A stretch of 64,000 nucleotides of DNA from Octopus bimaculoides (lineage: Eukaryota): assembly GCF_001194135.2 (NCBI RefSeq), contig NC_068988.1, positions 4,047,249-4,111,248 of the forward strand. The letters are read 5' to 3'. Each line of letters starts with the position of its first letter. Position 1 is the stretch's first letter. Both the position numbers and the translations under genes were made by a program. A model generated the notes under the pieces. It was not told where the DNA came from, searched no databases, and saw only the letters and a list, made by a program, of their open reading frames with translations. Positions 40,148 through 53,404 of the stretch are shown piece by piece.

Positions 40148-40148
<1 letters not shown>
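39879..40148. mobile_element. Old foldback/MITE with ~77-bp imperfect terminal inverted repeats
   Basis: 39879-39955 aligns with the reverse complement of 40072-40148, including the core gtacatcctca.aatttatttcc. Confidence 0.7.
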
Positions 40149-40192
<44 letters not shown>

Positions 40193-40839
40193 GGTCTACA
40201 TTTGCTCTCTGTGTAGGTGACAAGCTAGAAGCAGTGTTGTTGTTATTGTTATCATTTCTGTCAACAAGTTGTTTGCTGGCTTCACACATTTGAAGATGTG
40301 TGAAATAAGAGGTCTCTAACTTAAAAACCAAGTAATGGTTAGTGGCTGGAAGGATCTATAAAAAAAAATGTTACAGTAATATATCTATCAAACCTATGCT
40401 GGCATGGAAGAACTGATGTAAAACAAATGAATATATGATGTGGGGAGGAGTTGCCTCCTTTCACATGCAAAAAAAGAAAGTAACTTGGGCATTCAAAGAG
40501 TAATGACTGATAAGGTAGCAGAGTTGCTGAGAGTAATGTCCAGTGTCGCTGCTGTCCAGTGGATGACACCAAAACAAGAGTAATGAGTGGCTGATGCCTA
40601 ATTCATACTAATTACTTCAGAGACATCCAGCATAACAGACATAGCAGTTTTCTCTTCAACAGATTGGTAATATATAACATGAAGTCCAACCATAGTTGTT
40701 GGTTAGAGGCTGATTTATCTCATTCTCTGCTAATATTCTATCATATATGTAAAGCTGAGAATTGTCAGTACACTCTTCCCCGCAAATTGCTGGCCATATG
40801 TCAAAGTTTGACACCAATATGGTATCCCATGTGGAAGCT

Positions 40840-41190
40840 TTATGGTTGAAATGTTTGCCTCGCACCCACTGCCTTTTAGGTTCAATCCCACTCCATGGCA
40901 CTTTGAACAAATGTCTTTTACTGCAGCCCTAGGTCAACCAATGCCTTGTGAGTAAATTCGGTACAGGGAAACTGTGAGGAAGCCCACCTTATGTGTGTAT
41001 GTGTATCATTAGGTTTTTGTTTGTCCAGCCATCACTTAACAACCAGAGCTACTTTGTTTATGGGCCCATGATGGTTTGACAAAAGAGACTGATGGAAAAG
41101 GTACAAAACTTAATAAGCTTTAAGATTGATTTGTTTCACTGAACCTTTCAAAATAGTGCGCTAGCATGGCCACAAGTAATAAAAAAACAA
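40840..41190 (+). mobile_element. Composite SINE family A, degenerate
   Basis: ggttcaatcccactccatggcactttgaacaaatgtctt..gccttgtgagt..; tail ctagcatggccacaag. Confidence 0.7.
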
Positions 41191-41404
41191 AAGAATACTG
41201 TTTATAGTTGCTATTGGAAATAGGGACTTCAACAATATGAAAATAACCTGCTATTATGAAACATGAGGTATATTCAATTAAAAACAATTCTATTAAAATT
41301 GAAGTATGTATATAGTCCAGTGAATTCAGAGTCAACTGTCCCTCATATAGCATTATTGTATTACAAAGATTGTGAGACAAAAGGCTACAGATTTTGGTAC
41401 TTAC

Positions 41405-41492
41405 CAAATATATGGTATTATTTGTTCTTTCTTTTCAAAACATTCTCTAGCAGCAATTTCAATTTGTTGGGTAAACATAAACAATTTTCCAA
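41405..41492 (-). CDS. Candidate internal coding exon B of an unidentified gene (xGKLFMFTQQIEIAARECFEKKEQIIPYI)
   Basis: Long pyrimidine tract ..tgtcctcctttcttctag acceptor and TG|gtaagt donor; 88 nt; only one of three frames open; phase 1 in, phase 2 out; not in a recognisable repeat. Confidence 0.5.
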
Positions 41493-42529
41493 CTAGAAGA
41501 AAGGAGGACATCATCACAAGTGTGAGATGAAGAAAACAAATGAAACCAAATCACATAAACACATGATTGTATTTTCAAAGAAAAAAAAAAAATTGTGTTG
41601 ATTTAATAGTAGGAATTATTTGTTGTCCATTTTTTTTTCAAGCACCATCTCCATCAGATATAAATACATTATATTCTTCAAACTGAGAACCATTCTGTAA
41701 TAAACTGACCTATTTCATATCTAATACCATTATTTATTCATACACTCTACACTCTGTTATATCAATACTATTTAAGTGCGCAAATGTTATTGAGATCTTA
41801 CTCAAGAGTCATTCTTTCTTCACTCTTTCATAATGGTCTGCTTTGCTTTTTGGAATATACCCCATATTTTCTTATACTGTAGAAAAACTTTAACTTGTAC
41901 ATCTTGTTAAAACTTGATGGAATTTTAATGAAGTACTTTTTTTTGTTTTTTGATATACTTAAAATTTGAGACTCTCATCCATAACATTTTTTCTCTTGCA
42001 AGCTATAGTTAAATTTTTCATTTAATTCCAGTAGAAATCTCTCCCTAAGATACCATTCAAAACCTCTCTCTTTCTCATTCTTTTTCTCTTTAATTTTAAC
42101 ATATTATAGACCAGTGGACTGTAGAGACATGTTTACCCTTGTTTTTCTCTTTTTTTTTTTCCTATTATTGAATATAACTTATTTCACAATAGTTGATTAT
42201 TTTGTTAAGTTTAGCTCACTCAGCTCCCAATGGCCATTAACAATCAATATTGGCATTGCATATTACAGAAGACATAGAGTCTCCAGACTAATCCTAAGAA
42301 CTGAAGCTTCTTAAATATTTTACCATTAAAATCTTTGTCAGAAGAATGTTTAAAATGTTTCAGAATATATCATATTTAATACTTCAATTTACTTAGGTTT
42401 CTTTTATGAGCACCCCGCATAATTCAATCAATAAACAATTGCAGATTTACGTTGTCTAATTTTATGTTCAAAAATATATTAACTGCCTCATTTTATTTTA
42501 TAGACTTCACACATTTGTCTTGCTTCGAC

Positions 42530-42587
42530 TACACAACACAATAGGTAAGTGTGAATGGGTGAGGTGAAGAAGACACTATTATAGGCT

Positions 42588-42642
<55 letters not shown>

Positions 42643-42800
42643 CTGAAATTTACAGAAAAACAAAAGATGAAGACTGATGTATAAACAACAAGCAGGTGTA
42701 TTAGTTTGATGCTTGGGAAGGTGAAAAAGTCTTTTATGTTTTGAGCCTACACTCATCAGCAGAAAAGAAAACAAGGAAAAACATACACACATGCACACAC
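42530..42800. mobile_element. Penelope-like terminal-repeat remnant with hammerhead-like core on minus strand (42731-42763)
   Basis: Minus strand CTGATGAG-tgtagg-CTC-AAAAC-ATA-aaag resembles CUGAUGA..GAAAC-GUA; stem I cannot be reconstructed. Confidence 0.4.
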
Positions 42801-43841
42801 ACACACACACACACATACACTCTCATGCATATTCACACACACTCACACGTGTGCACACACACACACAAACACACACACTCACACACATACATACTCAATA
42901 CCATGTGTGTTGTTACATATAAAATTTCATATTCTAATCTTAAATGTTATAATTTCATATTCTCTGGGTCAATTCTAGTCTCATTCATGAAATCAAAGCA
43001 CGAGACCTTGCTAGGATGGAAATTAGTAAAATAACCTGTTCTGCTAACACCCAGTGGTTTAGAAAGCATTTGTTAAACAAGTATGATTCTTGTGGAGTGT
43101 GAATAGTCCTGTTAAATAGCGAATAAATATTTAAAATACCAAATTTGAGAGGAAAAGGTGGTAAGTCAGCATAATCAATAACATGATTAGCTGGCAGGCA
43201 AGTAAGAGATGCCTGGTTTGAGTTCTGGACATGGGTTTATTGTTTCCCCCACCCCATCAACTCATCATATACGGTTCATATATGAAAGCATATACAATTA
43301 ATTAATTTACTTAAAGCACATTTAGTGTTGATAAAAAAACTGGGAATACACCCAAAATATTTTTGGCAATCTATGAGGCAATAACTGCGATATATTTCAT
43401 GTAAGCTTACACTTACAAATGGAAGTCTAGCTGTGATCAATGCCTGCTAAGTAAGTGTAACATGAAGTTTTTAGTCAATAAACTGTATTGCATGCTGTAT
43501 ATATTTAATTTTTAACAATTATAAAATTCAAAGGGTGGAGCATCCCTCTGTATATATATTGACCTATTCAGCTTCTAAATCTATCTTTATTGCTTCTTAA
43601 ATTAATATATTTTAGGCTGAAAATATAACTTTAGGTTTCTATTTTAATTATTCCTAGTAAGTTGAGGGACAACAATTCTGCAACATGTTTCAGTAGATTC
43701 TTGACTTACTCAACATGGAATTATATTTTGGTCCACCAAAATAGTGTAAATCTATGAATAAGCATCCTACTGCATGCCTAATCAATTAAAATGTCAAGAA
43801 GCATTTTGGGAAAATTAGAAGCTTGGAAGAACGATCTAGAA

Positions 43842-44124
43842 CAATGATTCTCAAACACTTCAAAGCAAATAAAAATATTTTGCAGAATTTTGTGCATGAA
43901 AATCAGAATATCTATAAATGAGGTAATATAGTTTAGCCAATAAATATAAATAATTTAAAGTACAGAATATTATTAAGTAATTACTCTTCATTCACTAAAT
44001 GAAATGCTGAATTTCCATTTGTATTTTTCACATGATTTAAATAAAATTCTATTATTTTTGCGGCACTCCTAGCTACATCTTGTAACACCATTTTGGAACC
44101 AATGAAGAAGATGATGATGATGAT
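43842..44124. mobile_element. hAT-like MITE remnant plus (GAT)n, flanked by a 9-bp direct repeat
   Basis: caatgattctcaaa..ttttggaaccaatg resemble hAT/Charlie-type ends; gatctagaa at 43833-43841 and 44125-44133. Confidence 0.45.
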
Positions 44125-44206
44125 GATCTAGAATCAAAAATATTAAACATAACACAGGAAATATTAAAGTCCTAAAGACTAAAATAGAGCATACGTTCAC
44201 AGTGGG

Positions 44207-44361
44207 ACCTAGCAAGTTGTCTTGTTTAGGAGGTACTTGACTCTACAATCTGGCAAGTTGTCTTGCTAGGTAGGAGCTTAGTACAGTACAATCCGGCAAG
44301 TTGTCTTGCTAGGTAAGAGCTTAGTACAGTACAATCTGGCAAATTGCCTTGCTAGGTAGGA
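44207..44361. repeat. 43-bp tandem repeat (about 3.5 units) with an internal hairpin in each unit
   Basis: gcaagttgtcttgctaggt recurs at 44212, 44253, 44296 and 44339; each unit contains ct(a/g)gcaag-ttgt-cttgctag. Confidence 0.9.
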
Positions 44362-47300
44362 AGTTGGGTTTACTATTTTGTTCCTCAAGTCAGCAGCTCT
44401 CAACCAGAGCAACAAACAGATGCAGTAATTGTCTATCAATGTTCACTATACATCCTGCTTTTCCATATTAGATCACCCTGAGTACTCGGTACTCTAAAAT
44501 ACAGTTTTTCTTTTTACCATAGTGTGGTAGTAAGCGATGTTATATTAGGGATCACGGTGAAGGCTAGCAAGGTGGACTCAGACATGTCATGTTGGGTTGT
44601 TGTTGTCATTTGACCCATAGTCAGCCCTTAAAGAAAAGGTTTTAATGAAAGGCATTCCAGTCATGACCACCCTATCTTTTATTTCAGATATTTTGTCAAG
44701 GATCACATTATTTTATGTACCCTTTCCTCATTCAATATTGTTTGAGAGAGATTTGGCTGCTATTTCTAGCAGCTTGAGTGACCAGATAGAGATAATATTT
44801 GTTTGGCAGCCAATAGAAGAATTTTTGTTTTGATGTTGAGTTTAGTTGGATAAATTTTTCTGTTATTTTAATTCATAAAAGAAACTGATGCTGAAACAAT
44901 CCAAATAACTGCAGAGAAAGACATTTCTTCCACCTGTCTCCTATCAACCCCTAGGTCCAACACGATTAAATATTTTTATATTTGTCAATGGACTGTAAAA
45001 CATCAGTTTTAATTAAATTTAAGACAATGGAGAGGGGAGATGTTTCCTTCTGCTTTTTGCTTTTCAATGGAATAACTGTATTAAAGATGCAAGTTTAATG
45101 AATTAAAATTCCTTGTGTTGCTCTACCAAGTATTCTAATACCAACTTTGCTATTAAATCTTTAAGCAGAAGGCATCCCTAAGTATTTTCATTCAATCGTT
45201 CTTTTAGTTAATATCACTATCATATGTCCATATACAAACATCCATTGTAATTCTTGAGACAACAAAAGATCTGCAGTAATGGTTAGGATTTACTGAAGAG
45301 CCCCCAAAAGACTAAAACACATCCACACTTGACCCTACACTGCTAAACAAATCGATTCAATCATTTTTGCATTCCATATTTTATTTTAATTAAACAAATT
45401 TCTTGGTTTTAAGCCTACTAGTTGCTTCCACATAGTCTCATTTTAATGTTTTTTCTTTGTTTGTTTTCAAGAAATAAGTGTTTTCTTGTGTTTAAGAATG
45501 CAGTCTATTTTGTTGGCCGTAAACTTGTTGAGTTTCAAAGACGGTGTTACAATGTCCTTCTTCAACAAATAGACATAACACCTCCATCTTTGAAGCTACT
45601 TGTTCAAAAGATTTTTAAAATGCATGGGTAACATAATCTAGGAAAGGATGTATGTATAAATTTTAATGATTTTGTGCAGAAACATTGAAGTTGTTAAAAT
45701 GCAGTTTTGAAATTTCATATGGTTCTATCAGACTATAAAAGTGTCTTCATGAAGACAGTGTCTATATTGAAGGTCAGCTTCTGAGAAGTAACCAACCATC
45801 TAAACAGATCAAACAAAAACCAAAACAAAGATGTTTGAAAAACAACAAATACATGTTTGAAAGACAAGAGTACAAAAAGAAACATAACTAAATAAAATAT
45901 ATAGAGAAAAAAATCTATGAAAAATGCATGGACAGGAAAAGCATTTATATTCAATGGAATAAGAAAATATCCCAGAGGAAACAGAAATTATAAACAATTG
46001 AATAAAATATGATCTGACAAAAAATATATATATAAATAAATCAAATAGAAAGCGAGAAGAATGAAAAAATTAATTGTATTTCTAAAATATATTTCGTTCA
46101 TATGTTATAGTATGTTTGTTCACTGTTTTTCATCACTTCAACACACAATATATTCACTTTTTATATACTCTAACACTTTCCTTCTCTTATTTCAGCTCAT
46201 TCTATGAGATTTCATTTATATTCACACTTCTTCCTCTCTTTTACTATGTTTATATTCCTGCTTTCAAATTCTCTCATCTAATATGGCTAATTTTCCTGCC
46301 AATAATATGAAGAGGACTAGAATTGCTCTTTACAAAGATAAGGAAAAAAAAAAAACAATTATTTAGTCATTTCAAAAGTTAAATTTATTATCTATAGCAC
46401 ACATGTGGGATTCACATGACATTAACAAAGTGCTGGAATCTTACTAATGGCCATGTTTTTGTTGCGTTGGTGTGTATTTTGACTCAGACTATAAATCTTT
46501 TATTTTTTTTTTATCATATTTCATTGTTTTTTTTTTTTTGCTTTCACTGTACATATTTCATCACATTATCTGTATATTCTTGCTGTATCTATTTCATTGA
46601 AATGTCCATTCTCTATGCCAAAAAATTGTTTGTTTTAGTTTCATCATTCAAAATATTGTCACATTCATAATAAAGCAAAAAACAGCTGAGAAAGAGCAAA
46701 ATACTGCATCGTATTATTCAGTTGTTTAAATATTCTGTAATTAAACAAATTTAAATCTCTTTCATGATTTCACTCTTGTACTTGGGTAGATGTTCAAACA
46801 AGCAACATACAAACATTTTCACTAAATGCAAAGTGAAGATGGCTTGACTTAGGCTCAAATCAGAAAATAGCCAGGCACATCTGCCTGGTGTAAAATAATT
46901 AATTACATCAGTGCTAACTTATTTGACACTTAAGCATTTAAACCAACCATATCAGACACAAATATTCTACCTGTTTGTGTTAAAACTTACCAGATCCAGC
47001 CTTTCACACCTACCCTACAATGCTAGTCTAAAAATAAGCAACCACATCTTTGAAATCTCAAAACCACAAGATAATGCAGAATTAATTCAAAACAATGTGA
47101 ATTAATAAGCATTATAATCGACAGAGTAATCTAAACACAAAAGGTTTAATGAGTGAATCTCAAAAAGTTTCATTGTAATGACAACTTCAGTGAAGGAACA
47201 GACAGACATCATCTGAACTGTAGTCAAGGCAAGGGGGACAACCCTAGAGGTAAATTCAAATTAAATTTTAAAATCCGTTTTATGTAGCAGAAGTAGTATT

Positions 47301-47422
47301 AGATTAAAACAGTTATCTCTGAATCATATTACATGTAAATACAAGGAAAGCAAATTTATTGTGATATTCATCCAGAGATAATATCTCTTATGGAAGTGTT
47401 GTTTTAATAAACATAATATGTA

Positions 47423-47549
47423 CAGGGTGTCCACAAAGTCTGGGTACATGGGGATTAAGACATACTTAAAGAAATTCTTATTTCTTATTTTTAATTGTTT
47501 ATGTTATGATTTTATTTACTCCAGGTACCCAGACTTTGTGGACACCCTG
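47423..47549. mobile_element. Tc1/mariner-type MITE, 127 bp
   Basis: Perfect 25-bp TIRs cagggtgtccacaaagtctgggtac (47423-47447) and gtacccagactttgtggacaccctg (47525-47549); TA on the left, TC on the right. Confidence 0.9.
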
Positions 47550-47554
47550 TCTAT

Positions 47555-47945
47555 TATCTTTTACTTGTTTCAGTCATTAGGCTACAGCCATGCTGAGGCA
47601 CCAGCTTAGAAAATTTTAGTTGACCAAAATGACCCCAGTACTTACTATTTTTTAAGCCTAGTATTTATTCTATAGGTCTCCTTTGCTAAACTATGTTACG
47701 GGGACATAAACACACCAGCAGTGGTAGAGACAGACACAAAGACACATACACACTCATATATATATACATACATACGACAAGTTACTTTCAGTTTCTATTT
47801 ACCAAATCCACTCACAAAGATTTGATAAACCTGAAAAAAAAAAAGAAGGAAAAAGACACCTGTTCAAAGTGTCATACATTGGAACTGAACCCAGAACGAT
47901 GTGGTTGGGAGGCAAACTTCTTACCACACAGCCACACTTGCACTT
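47555..47945 (-). mobile_element. Composite SINE family A
   Basis: Same layout as 39165-39560. Confidence 0.8.
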
Positions 47946-48874
47946 ATAATATATAAGTCAAATGAAAATCTTTACTACATACAACTCAGAAAACTTGGCT
48001 CAGCAGTTAAACATATTTAATGAAAAGGAGGAGAAAGTAAAGTTGCTTGAGAAAAATGCTGCCGACTACACATTGCTTCCAGCAAGATTTAAACTGGAAA
48101 CATGTTAACTCAAAGCATGATAGAGTATTTGTTGCATAGCTTGGAGCTATTAGCGTGCCATATCTGTAGCTTGTGTGAGAAGAAATTTAAAGCAGCTACT
48201 TTCAACATTGTGCCACATTGGATGAAGAGAAAAAAATATTGGGATTCCACAGAATAAATCAGCTATTTTGGAATATACTTATCAGTCGAATTCTCACTAA
48301 TATATATGTTTGAATGTCAGCAATGAAAATATGAACAGAAAATGTAAGATATTAATGGCATAGGAATAAAAACTACAACTATTTTATTATTGATAAATTT
48401 TAAAGAATAATGAAATGGCAGAAACAGGAAATACCAAACTAAAACATCTTTTAAAGTCTAACCTCCCCCACCTCTCTCTCTCTCTCTGTGTATTCAATAT
48501 GGGGTTGGTTCAAATTCTACAAAACTCTCAGAGCTATGAGTTTTTTTTTCAAATCATTACTGCAGAGCAGATAACACCAAAATTAAATCATATTTAAGTT
48601 TGTGACCATGTTCTAAGTTAAAGTGACTTTGTTATTCTTCAGTTTTGCAGTTAAAATAAGAAGCATTAATGCAACAGGACTTAGTAAATCAAACAACACC
48701 ATAATAACAATCAATAATTGTGTCTTGTCCCTTACGTTGGTGGGTAACCCCAGGTAATGTTTATGTGATAAGGAAACGAGCCAAAGCCCTCACTGGGGAG
48801 AAGTCACTGTCTAAACAGACATCAATTCTTGTATTGAGAGATTGAGTACAGAAGCATCCCCAACTCTTAAGTGT

Positions 48875-49019
48875 TTACCCCAAGTACATTTAGTTCTCTG
48901 AAGTACATTTAGTTACCCCTAGTACATTAAGTCACCCTATGTACATTTACTTATCCCAGGTAATGTAGTTACCCCAAACGCATGTAGTTACCCCAGGTAA
49001 ATTTAGTTATCCTAAGTAG
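48875..49019. repeat. 19-bp minisatellite (TTACCCCAAGTACATTTAG), about 7.5 diverged units
   Basis: Units directly alignable by eye. Confidence 0.88.
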
Positions 49020-51582
49020 TTTTACAAACTGAAATCTTACTATAGTTATATAATGGTTTTCATTTTTTTATAAAATAAGTACCAGTAGATATTGTGGTAA
49101 AAATCATTCTGTTTTACTTTACTTCATTTACAAAATGAGATTCGTGTCAAAGTATAAAATAAAGTTTTCAACAAGCTGTAGAAACATTTCCAAAAAAAAT
49201 GGATAACATTTGAGGAAGAAAATTTTATCTTATAACACAGCATTATTATATGAATAAATACTTGTATTAAAAGCTACAGTTCTTTGCAACATTCTAAATG
49301 TAATTATGAATGGCAGCATAAATGCATGTGATGCAAGGTTGTTTGCAAGTGCTATCAAAGCTCTCTAACTGCATCAATGTTGCTGCTTTTATATGCATTA
49401 TTTTAATTTTTATATTTTGAACCTATATGTATGCACATGTGTATATAAACCTGTACAAATGTCTGTATTTATATGTCTGCAAGTATATTGTATAAGAATT
49501 TTATATTTATTAGTTTGAAAAACCAAATTTTCATTTTACAAGTATGAGAGAATGGAAACCCAGGCCCAATGATTTGAACTTGTTTTTCTTTTTTCACTGT
49601 TTATTTTATTCATTCAATAAAAATTTTCATTCATTTGCTTTTCTTCCTCTCAGAAAACCATTTTAGCCCTCATTTTTCTTACACTTCTTTCTCTCTTTCC
49701 TTCTTTTACTACCCTTACCAGATTTTATTCCTGCAATTCTTAAAGCAAAAAAATTTATTCCTCCACCACCGCCACCGCCATCACCTTCAGAAAAGTAACA
49801 TATATAAACTTTTATTTGATATTTCATTCATTGTTTATTTGGAAGTGTTCATAGGTTTTCTGAGAGGAGGGAACAGATAATAACATTTCCAAAGCCATTC
49901 TTTCCATGTAACTTTCTTTCAGAGCAATGCAAATCAAGCTTGAATCATTTATTGAAAAATAAATAAATATCAAATTGAATCTATAAAACATTACAAAAAA
50001 AAAAAAAAAAAANNNNNNNNNNAAAAAAAAAAAAAAAAAAAACCTATGCAATCTGCAACATATGCTGCCTCATTTTTAAACATTGAAGCAATTATCATAA
50101 GATATTTTTCCACTATCAAAGGTAACCAAAGAATATAGTAGTAGAGTTACTGTTTGAAAAAATTGTCCATAAAAAGAAAGACAAAGAAGAAAGCCTGTTC
50201 TGAAGAAAGCGATCTTTTGAAAAGAGCCTCCTTAGTAGAACATTAAATCATTTCTTTAAGAAAAAAAAATAAGGGGTTTGTGTATTATTGTGTTGCTATT
50301 ATTTATTTCTTATCCTTTTTCGTAACTGCATTTTGGTTCATGTTTTGTTTTTTTATTATTCTTATTTTCAACATTTGGAAATATTCTGAATTAAGAATTA
50401 CACTTTCTATAGAAAACTATTGATGAAAGTTGAAAAATTTTTCAAAGGGTTTTCCCATTTAACTTTTATATAATTTAACTAAAAGGTGTGGAAAATACTA
50501 AAACTTTAATAGTGGGGATCATTTCCCTCTGACATGTTCCCAGTGTTTTAACTTTTATTTATTTATTTATTATTGATGCAGCTTTTGTTCACTGTGATCA
50601 TGTGATAAAGCTGATATTTATTGATATTGCAGTAAGAACTTTACAACATTCATACAAGACATAAATCCCTTTCACTATACAATGAATTCTTGCTTTGACA
50701 TAATGTCACACATTTATAGGAGACAGTCATCATCATCATCATCATTATTATTATTGATATTATTATTTATTGATTTCATTCTAGTATTAATTTTATTGAT
50801 CCCAACATGGTTTGAACTTGAAACCTAGTAAAATGAAACTAGTCTACTCTCAGTGACTCTTTCAGAAAGGAGTGGTGTGATGAGGCAACATAAAACAGAA
50901 CAGCCTGTAGATATACACAATAAAATGTTTACAATGGATATGAACTGACAATCTTAATACCTTGCTCAGTCAGTCAGTTCAAACTTGCTCAGATATCTAA
51001 CATATACAGAATTTTAAACAGCTATTCTAATAGATTCTTATTGAAGTGGCCTTTGTTCAGCTCAGACGCCCATCCATAATATTATAGATCTTAGTAATGA
51101 CAGGAGCCTAGGTACAGATATAAATTCTTCATGTGCTGCCTTCCAGAAAACATTCATAGGGAACAAAAAAAGTAATAATAATAAATAAATTAAAACTTTA
51201 TTGCCAAAAAAAATATCCCAGATTTCATTGACAGATAAAGTGTCTGACAGTTGAAAATTGAATACGAAGTAAATTAATAGCTGTATTTTCTGCTGAATCT
51301 GTTTAACATCCTTCTATCAACCAACAAAGGGTCCAGCAAATAGAGTTCCAGGCAATTTGTAAAGAGGTCAGCAGTTTCTCTTTTTCTTTTTTGTGTTATT
51401 GGTGAAGACAATTTTTAGAGTCAGAGCTTACCAAGCTGTATGTAGATACAATAAATTGGTATGGTTCATTAATATAGGCAGTGGGAGTTCAGACAAGAAA
51501 AGGTATACTATTAATAAACAAATTTTCAAGTAAATGGTATTTAGATGTAAACAAATATACCAGATGAAAATATATTTATTAA

Positions 51583-51802
51583 CCCTTTCGTTACCAACCC
51601 AGCTGAAACCGGCTCCGACTCTGAGAACAATGTCTTGTTTTCATAGGTTTTGAATTAAAATCTTCCATCAAACCCTAGTCACAATTTATGTTCCTAACAC
51701 TAGCTGAATAATAACTAAGTTATTTTATTAAATTCTTTGTTTATATTTAAGGTAATTGAAAGAAACACAGAGCATCTCAAAATAAATACAGTAACGAAAG
51801 GG
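51583..51802 (+). mobile_element. piggyBac-type MITE, 220 bp
   Basis: TTAA (51579-51582), ccctttcgttac...gtaacgaaaggg, TTAA (51803-51806). Confidence 0.92.
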
Positions 51803-51889
51803 TTAATAGGATATGAATATTCGCTCTCAAACCTTTTGCCCCAAATGTTAAACTTCTCTTCTTCTTCATCCCACTATTTTTACTTTTGT

Positions 51890-52165
51890 TTTTTCTCTTT
51901 TACTTGTTTCAGTCATTTGACTGCAGCCATGCTGGAGCAAATACAAACATACATATACATACATACATATATATAGATATATATATATATATATATATAT
52001 ACAACAGGCTTCTTTCAGTTTCCGTCTACCAAATCCACTCACAAGGCTTTGGTTGGCCCAAGGCCGTAGTAGAAGACACTTACCCAAGATGCCACGCAGT
52101 GAGACTGAACCCGGAACCATGTGGTTTAGAAGCACACTTCTTACCACACAGCCACTCTTGCACCT
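51890..52165 (-). mobile_element. Composite SINE family A, internally deleted
   Basis: Tail, (TA)n and well preserved head as in 39165-39560. Confidence 0.82.
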
Positions 52166-53019
52166 ATGTTGCACCACTGTTCAAATTCTTCATATCACTA
52201 CTTGAGGATAAATTCTGTCTCTAGTTTTCTTGGACTCTTCTGTTATACTATTACCTCTTAACTTCTTTAAGCATCACTTAGTTTGCAACACTTTTGTTTT
52301 CTTAAGGAAACAGATAAGCAACTCCAATTTATTCATCTCTCACTTGACTTTACTCTCACTTGACTTTAAAAATCATTTCTCAGAGCGACACTCTTCAGTT
52401 GCAACTGAAAGTACTTCACATGGAAATAACTGAACTCAAGTAAACCTTAATTATCAATTACTATCACACTGTTATCATAAATAACAGAATAATTCACGAA
52501 CAAACTTCAGAACTCAGCACTCAACAGCAATTAGCCTACATTGAGTGTATAAAATGTATTACAATTACAAAGATCGTAAAAACGCTAGAAAAGATATAAA
52601 GATATTTCATCTCAGTAACCGACACTGCTGGCTTCAACAAGTTGAGATCCTTAAAGCAATAAAACTAGACTTCATATACAAATAACGACAACATCATCAC
52701 TAGTAAATCACCCTCAATGTTGACATTAAGTCCCATGTAAAAATAAGCAGAAGTATTTGCAAATATACATATGTGACTGTTGATTGCATAAGAACATTCA
52801 GGACAAATTTACAAAAGTGGATGGATATTTGTAGATGCATTTCCATAAATTTGAAGAGGAAAGCATCTTAGATATGAATATGAAGTTAAAGAAGAAAGGA
52901 ACTTCTTAAATGAAAGAGCATGTCTAGTTAATGATGTAGTTCCTACACAGTCACTGGTCAAGGAGCTGAATAGCCCCAAATAATTTTATCAATATTCCTA
53001 ATAAACACTCTTAAGCAGT

Positions 53020-53230
53020 GAATTAGTGGAATCAGTAAATTGGTAGGCAAAATGCTTTGGTATTTAGTCATGACCCTTAACATTCCAAGTTCGAATTTGG
53101 TTGAGGTCAATTTTGTCATTAGCTTTCCAGGATCATTAAAATAAAGTGTCAGTCAAGTAACGACGGTGATTTAATTGGATCTGCCTTCCCTCAAATGTTT
53201 GACCCTGTTCTAATGTTAGCAATCTATAGA
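53020..53230 (+). mobile_element. SINE family B, degenerate
   Basis: caaaatgc..caagttcgaatttggttgaggtcaattttgtc. Confidence 0.55.
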
Positions 53231-53404
53231 GAGACATGTTGAACTTCAATCTAAATAACAATGACAGTATGACTAATAATTACCAATGATTGGTTCAATA
53301 AGTTAACGCTATTCCTTAGGCCTACATGCATTAGATTAATCAACTCACCATGTCTAATTTCATCTTAATGTTTCACTAGAAGAGATAATTGCTTTTTGTT
53401 ACAA

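Noticed and set aside
44207-44361. CRISPR array
   Set aside because: Linkers between palindromes are near-identical, there are no cas genes, and the context is eukaryotic.
45496-45625. Plus-strand exon-like ORF NAVYFVGRKLVEFQRR..PPSLKLLVQKIF
   Set aside because: More like a decayed Tc1/mariner N-terminus than a host exon; too short to annotate either way.
53349-53375. 27-nt minus-strand segment with good splice sites (..tctcttctag / ATG|gtgagt)
   Set aside because: Stops in all three frames; a poison or UTR exon cannot be supported without reads.
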